From: Eledone cirrhosa
Lineage: Eukaryota
DNA: 64,000 nucleotides
Assembly (NCBI GenBank): GCA_964016885.1
Contig: OZ024749.1
Span: forward strand, 14,508,001-14,572,000
Direction: 5' to 3'
This document shows, in pieces, positions 62,501 to 64,000 of this stretch. Position numbers and translations under genes: made by a program. The notes under the pieces are model-generated. The model saw only the letters and a list, made by a program, of their open reading frames with translations. It did not search any database and had not been told where the DNA came from. Every line of letters begins with the position of its first letter. Position 1 is the stretch's first letter.

Positions 62501-64000
62501 GTTAGAGGGTGTATGTCTTGGTGGTTAGAAGGTGCAGGGCTGGTGGTTAGACGGTGCATGGCTTGGTGGTTAGAGGGTGTATGGCTTGGTGGTTAGAAGG
62601 TGCAGGGCTGGTGGTTAGAGGGTGTATGGCTTGGTGGTTAGATGTATGGCTTGGTGGTTAGGTGTATGGCTTGTTGGTTAGAAGGTGCAGGGCTGGTGGT
62701 TAGAAGGTATATGGCTTGGTGGTTAGAAGGTGTATGGCTTGGTGGTTAGAAGGTGCAGGGCTGGTGGTTAGAAGGTGCAGGGCTGGTGGTTAGAAGGTGT
62801 ATGGCTTGGTGGTTAGAAGGTGTATGGCTTGGTGGTTAGAAGGTGCAGGGCTTGGTGGTTAGAAGGTGCAGGGCTGGTGGTTAGAAGGTATATGGCTTGG
62901 TGGTTAGAAGGTGTATGGCTTGGTGGTTAGAAGGTGCAGGGCTGGTGGTTAGAAGGTGTATGGCTTGGTGGTGAGAAGGTGTATGGCTTGGTGGTTAGAA
63001 GGTGCAGGGCTGGTGGTTAGAAGGTGTAGGGCTTGGTGGTTAGAAGCTGTATGGCTTGGTGGTTAGAAGGTGCAGGGCTGGTGGTTAGAAGGTGCATGGT
63101 TTGGTGGTTAGAAGGTGTATTGCTTGGTGGTTAGAGGGTGCTGGGCTGGTGGTTAGAGGGTGTATGGCTTGGTGGTTAGAAGGTGCAGGGCTGGTGGTTA
63201 GAAGGTGTATGTCTTGGTGGTTAGGTGTATGGCTTGGTGGTTAGAAGGTGCAGGGCTGGTGGTTAGGTGTATGGCTTGGTGGTTAGAAGATGTATGGCTT
63301 GGTGGTTAGAAGGTGCAGGGCTGGTGATTAGAAGGTGCATGGTTTGGTGGTTAGAGGGTGTATTGCTTGGTGGTTAGAGGGTGCTGGGCTGGTGGTTAGA
63401 GGGTGTATGGCTTGGTGGTTAGAAGGTGTATGTCTTGGTGGTTAGAAGGTGTATGGCTTGGTGGTTAGAAGGTGTTTGGCTTGGTGGTTAGAAGGTGCAA
63501 GGCTGTTGGTTAGAGGGTGTATGGCTTGGTGGTTAGGTGTATGGCTTCGTGGTTAGAGGGTGCAGGGCTGGTGGTTAGAAGGTGTATGGCTTGGTGGTTA
63601 GAAGGTGTATGGCTTGGTGGTTAGAAGGTGCAGGGCTGGTGATTAGAGGGTGTATGGCTTGGTGGTTAGAAGGTGCAGGGCTGGTGGTTAGAAGGTGTAT
63701 GGCTTGGTGGTTAGAAGGTGCAGGGCTTGGTGGTTAGGTGTATGGCTTGGTGGTTAGAAGATGCAGGGCTGGTGGTTAGAGGGTGTATGGCTTGGTGGTT
63801 AGAAGGTGTATGGCTTGGTGGTTAGAAGGTGCAGGGCTGGTGGTTAGAGGGTGTATGGCTTGGTGGTTAGAGGGTGCAGGGCTGGTGGTCAGAAGGTGTA
63901 TGGCTTGGTGGTTAGAAGGTGCAGGGCTGGTGGTTAGAAGGTGTATGGCTTGGTGGTTAGAAGGTGTATGGCTTGGTGGTTAGAAGGTGCAGGGCTGGTG
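59584..64000. repeat. 22-23-bp G-rich satellite (roughly 190 copies, runs off the window)
   Basis: Units ggcttggtggttagaaggtgtat and gggctggtggttagaaggtgca. Confidence 0.97.

Noticed and set aside
59584-64000. Telomeric array
   Set aside because: The units are 22-23 bp with a single GGTTAG, not tandem TTAGGG.

Overview
Eukaryotic, AT-rich, repeat-saturated genomic DNA. The huge (TA)n tracts, tRNA-derived SINEs, RTE/CR1/L1 LINEs and Penelope-like elements suggest a coleoid cephalopod such as Octopus (inference). Almost all ORFs in the supplied track are microsatellite artefacts. One host gene is hidden among the repeats and is largely missed by the ORF track: six + strand GT-AG exons (38138-56079) splice in frame into the ATD/S1 region of an NMDA receptor NR1 (GRIN1-like) subunit. 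Mobile elements include three Penelope-like elements (RT + C-terminal GIY-YIG), a full-length but disabled L1/Tx1 LINE with a 19-bp TSD, RTE and CR1 fragments, many SINEs and several MITE families. About ten minimal type-I hammerhead-ribozyme motifs with palindromic stem III mark Penelope pseudo-LTRs, and four of them lie inside NR1 introns. Other notable structures are a ~10.5-kb (TA)n block with direct-inverted-direct rearrangements, minisatellites apparently seeded from NR1 splice junctions, and a duplicated NR1 acceptor that leads to an early stop. There is a 200-N assembly gap at 35901-36100.
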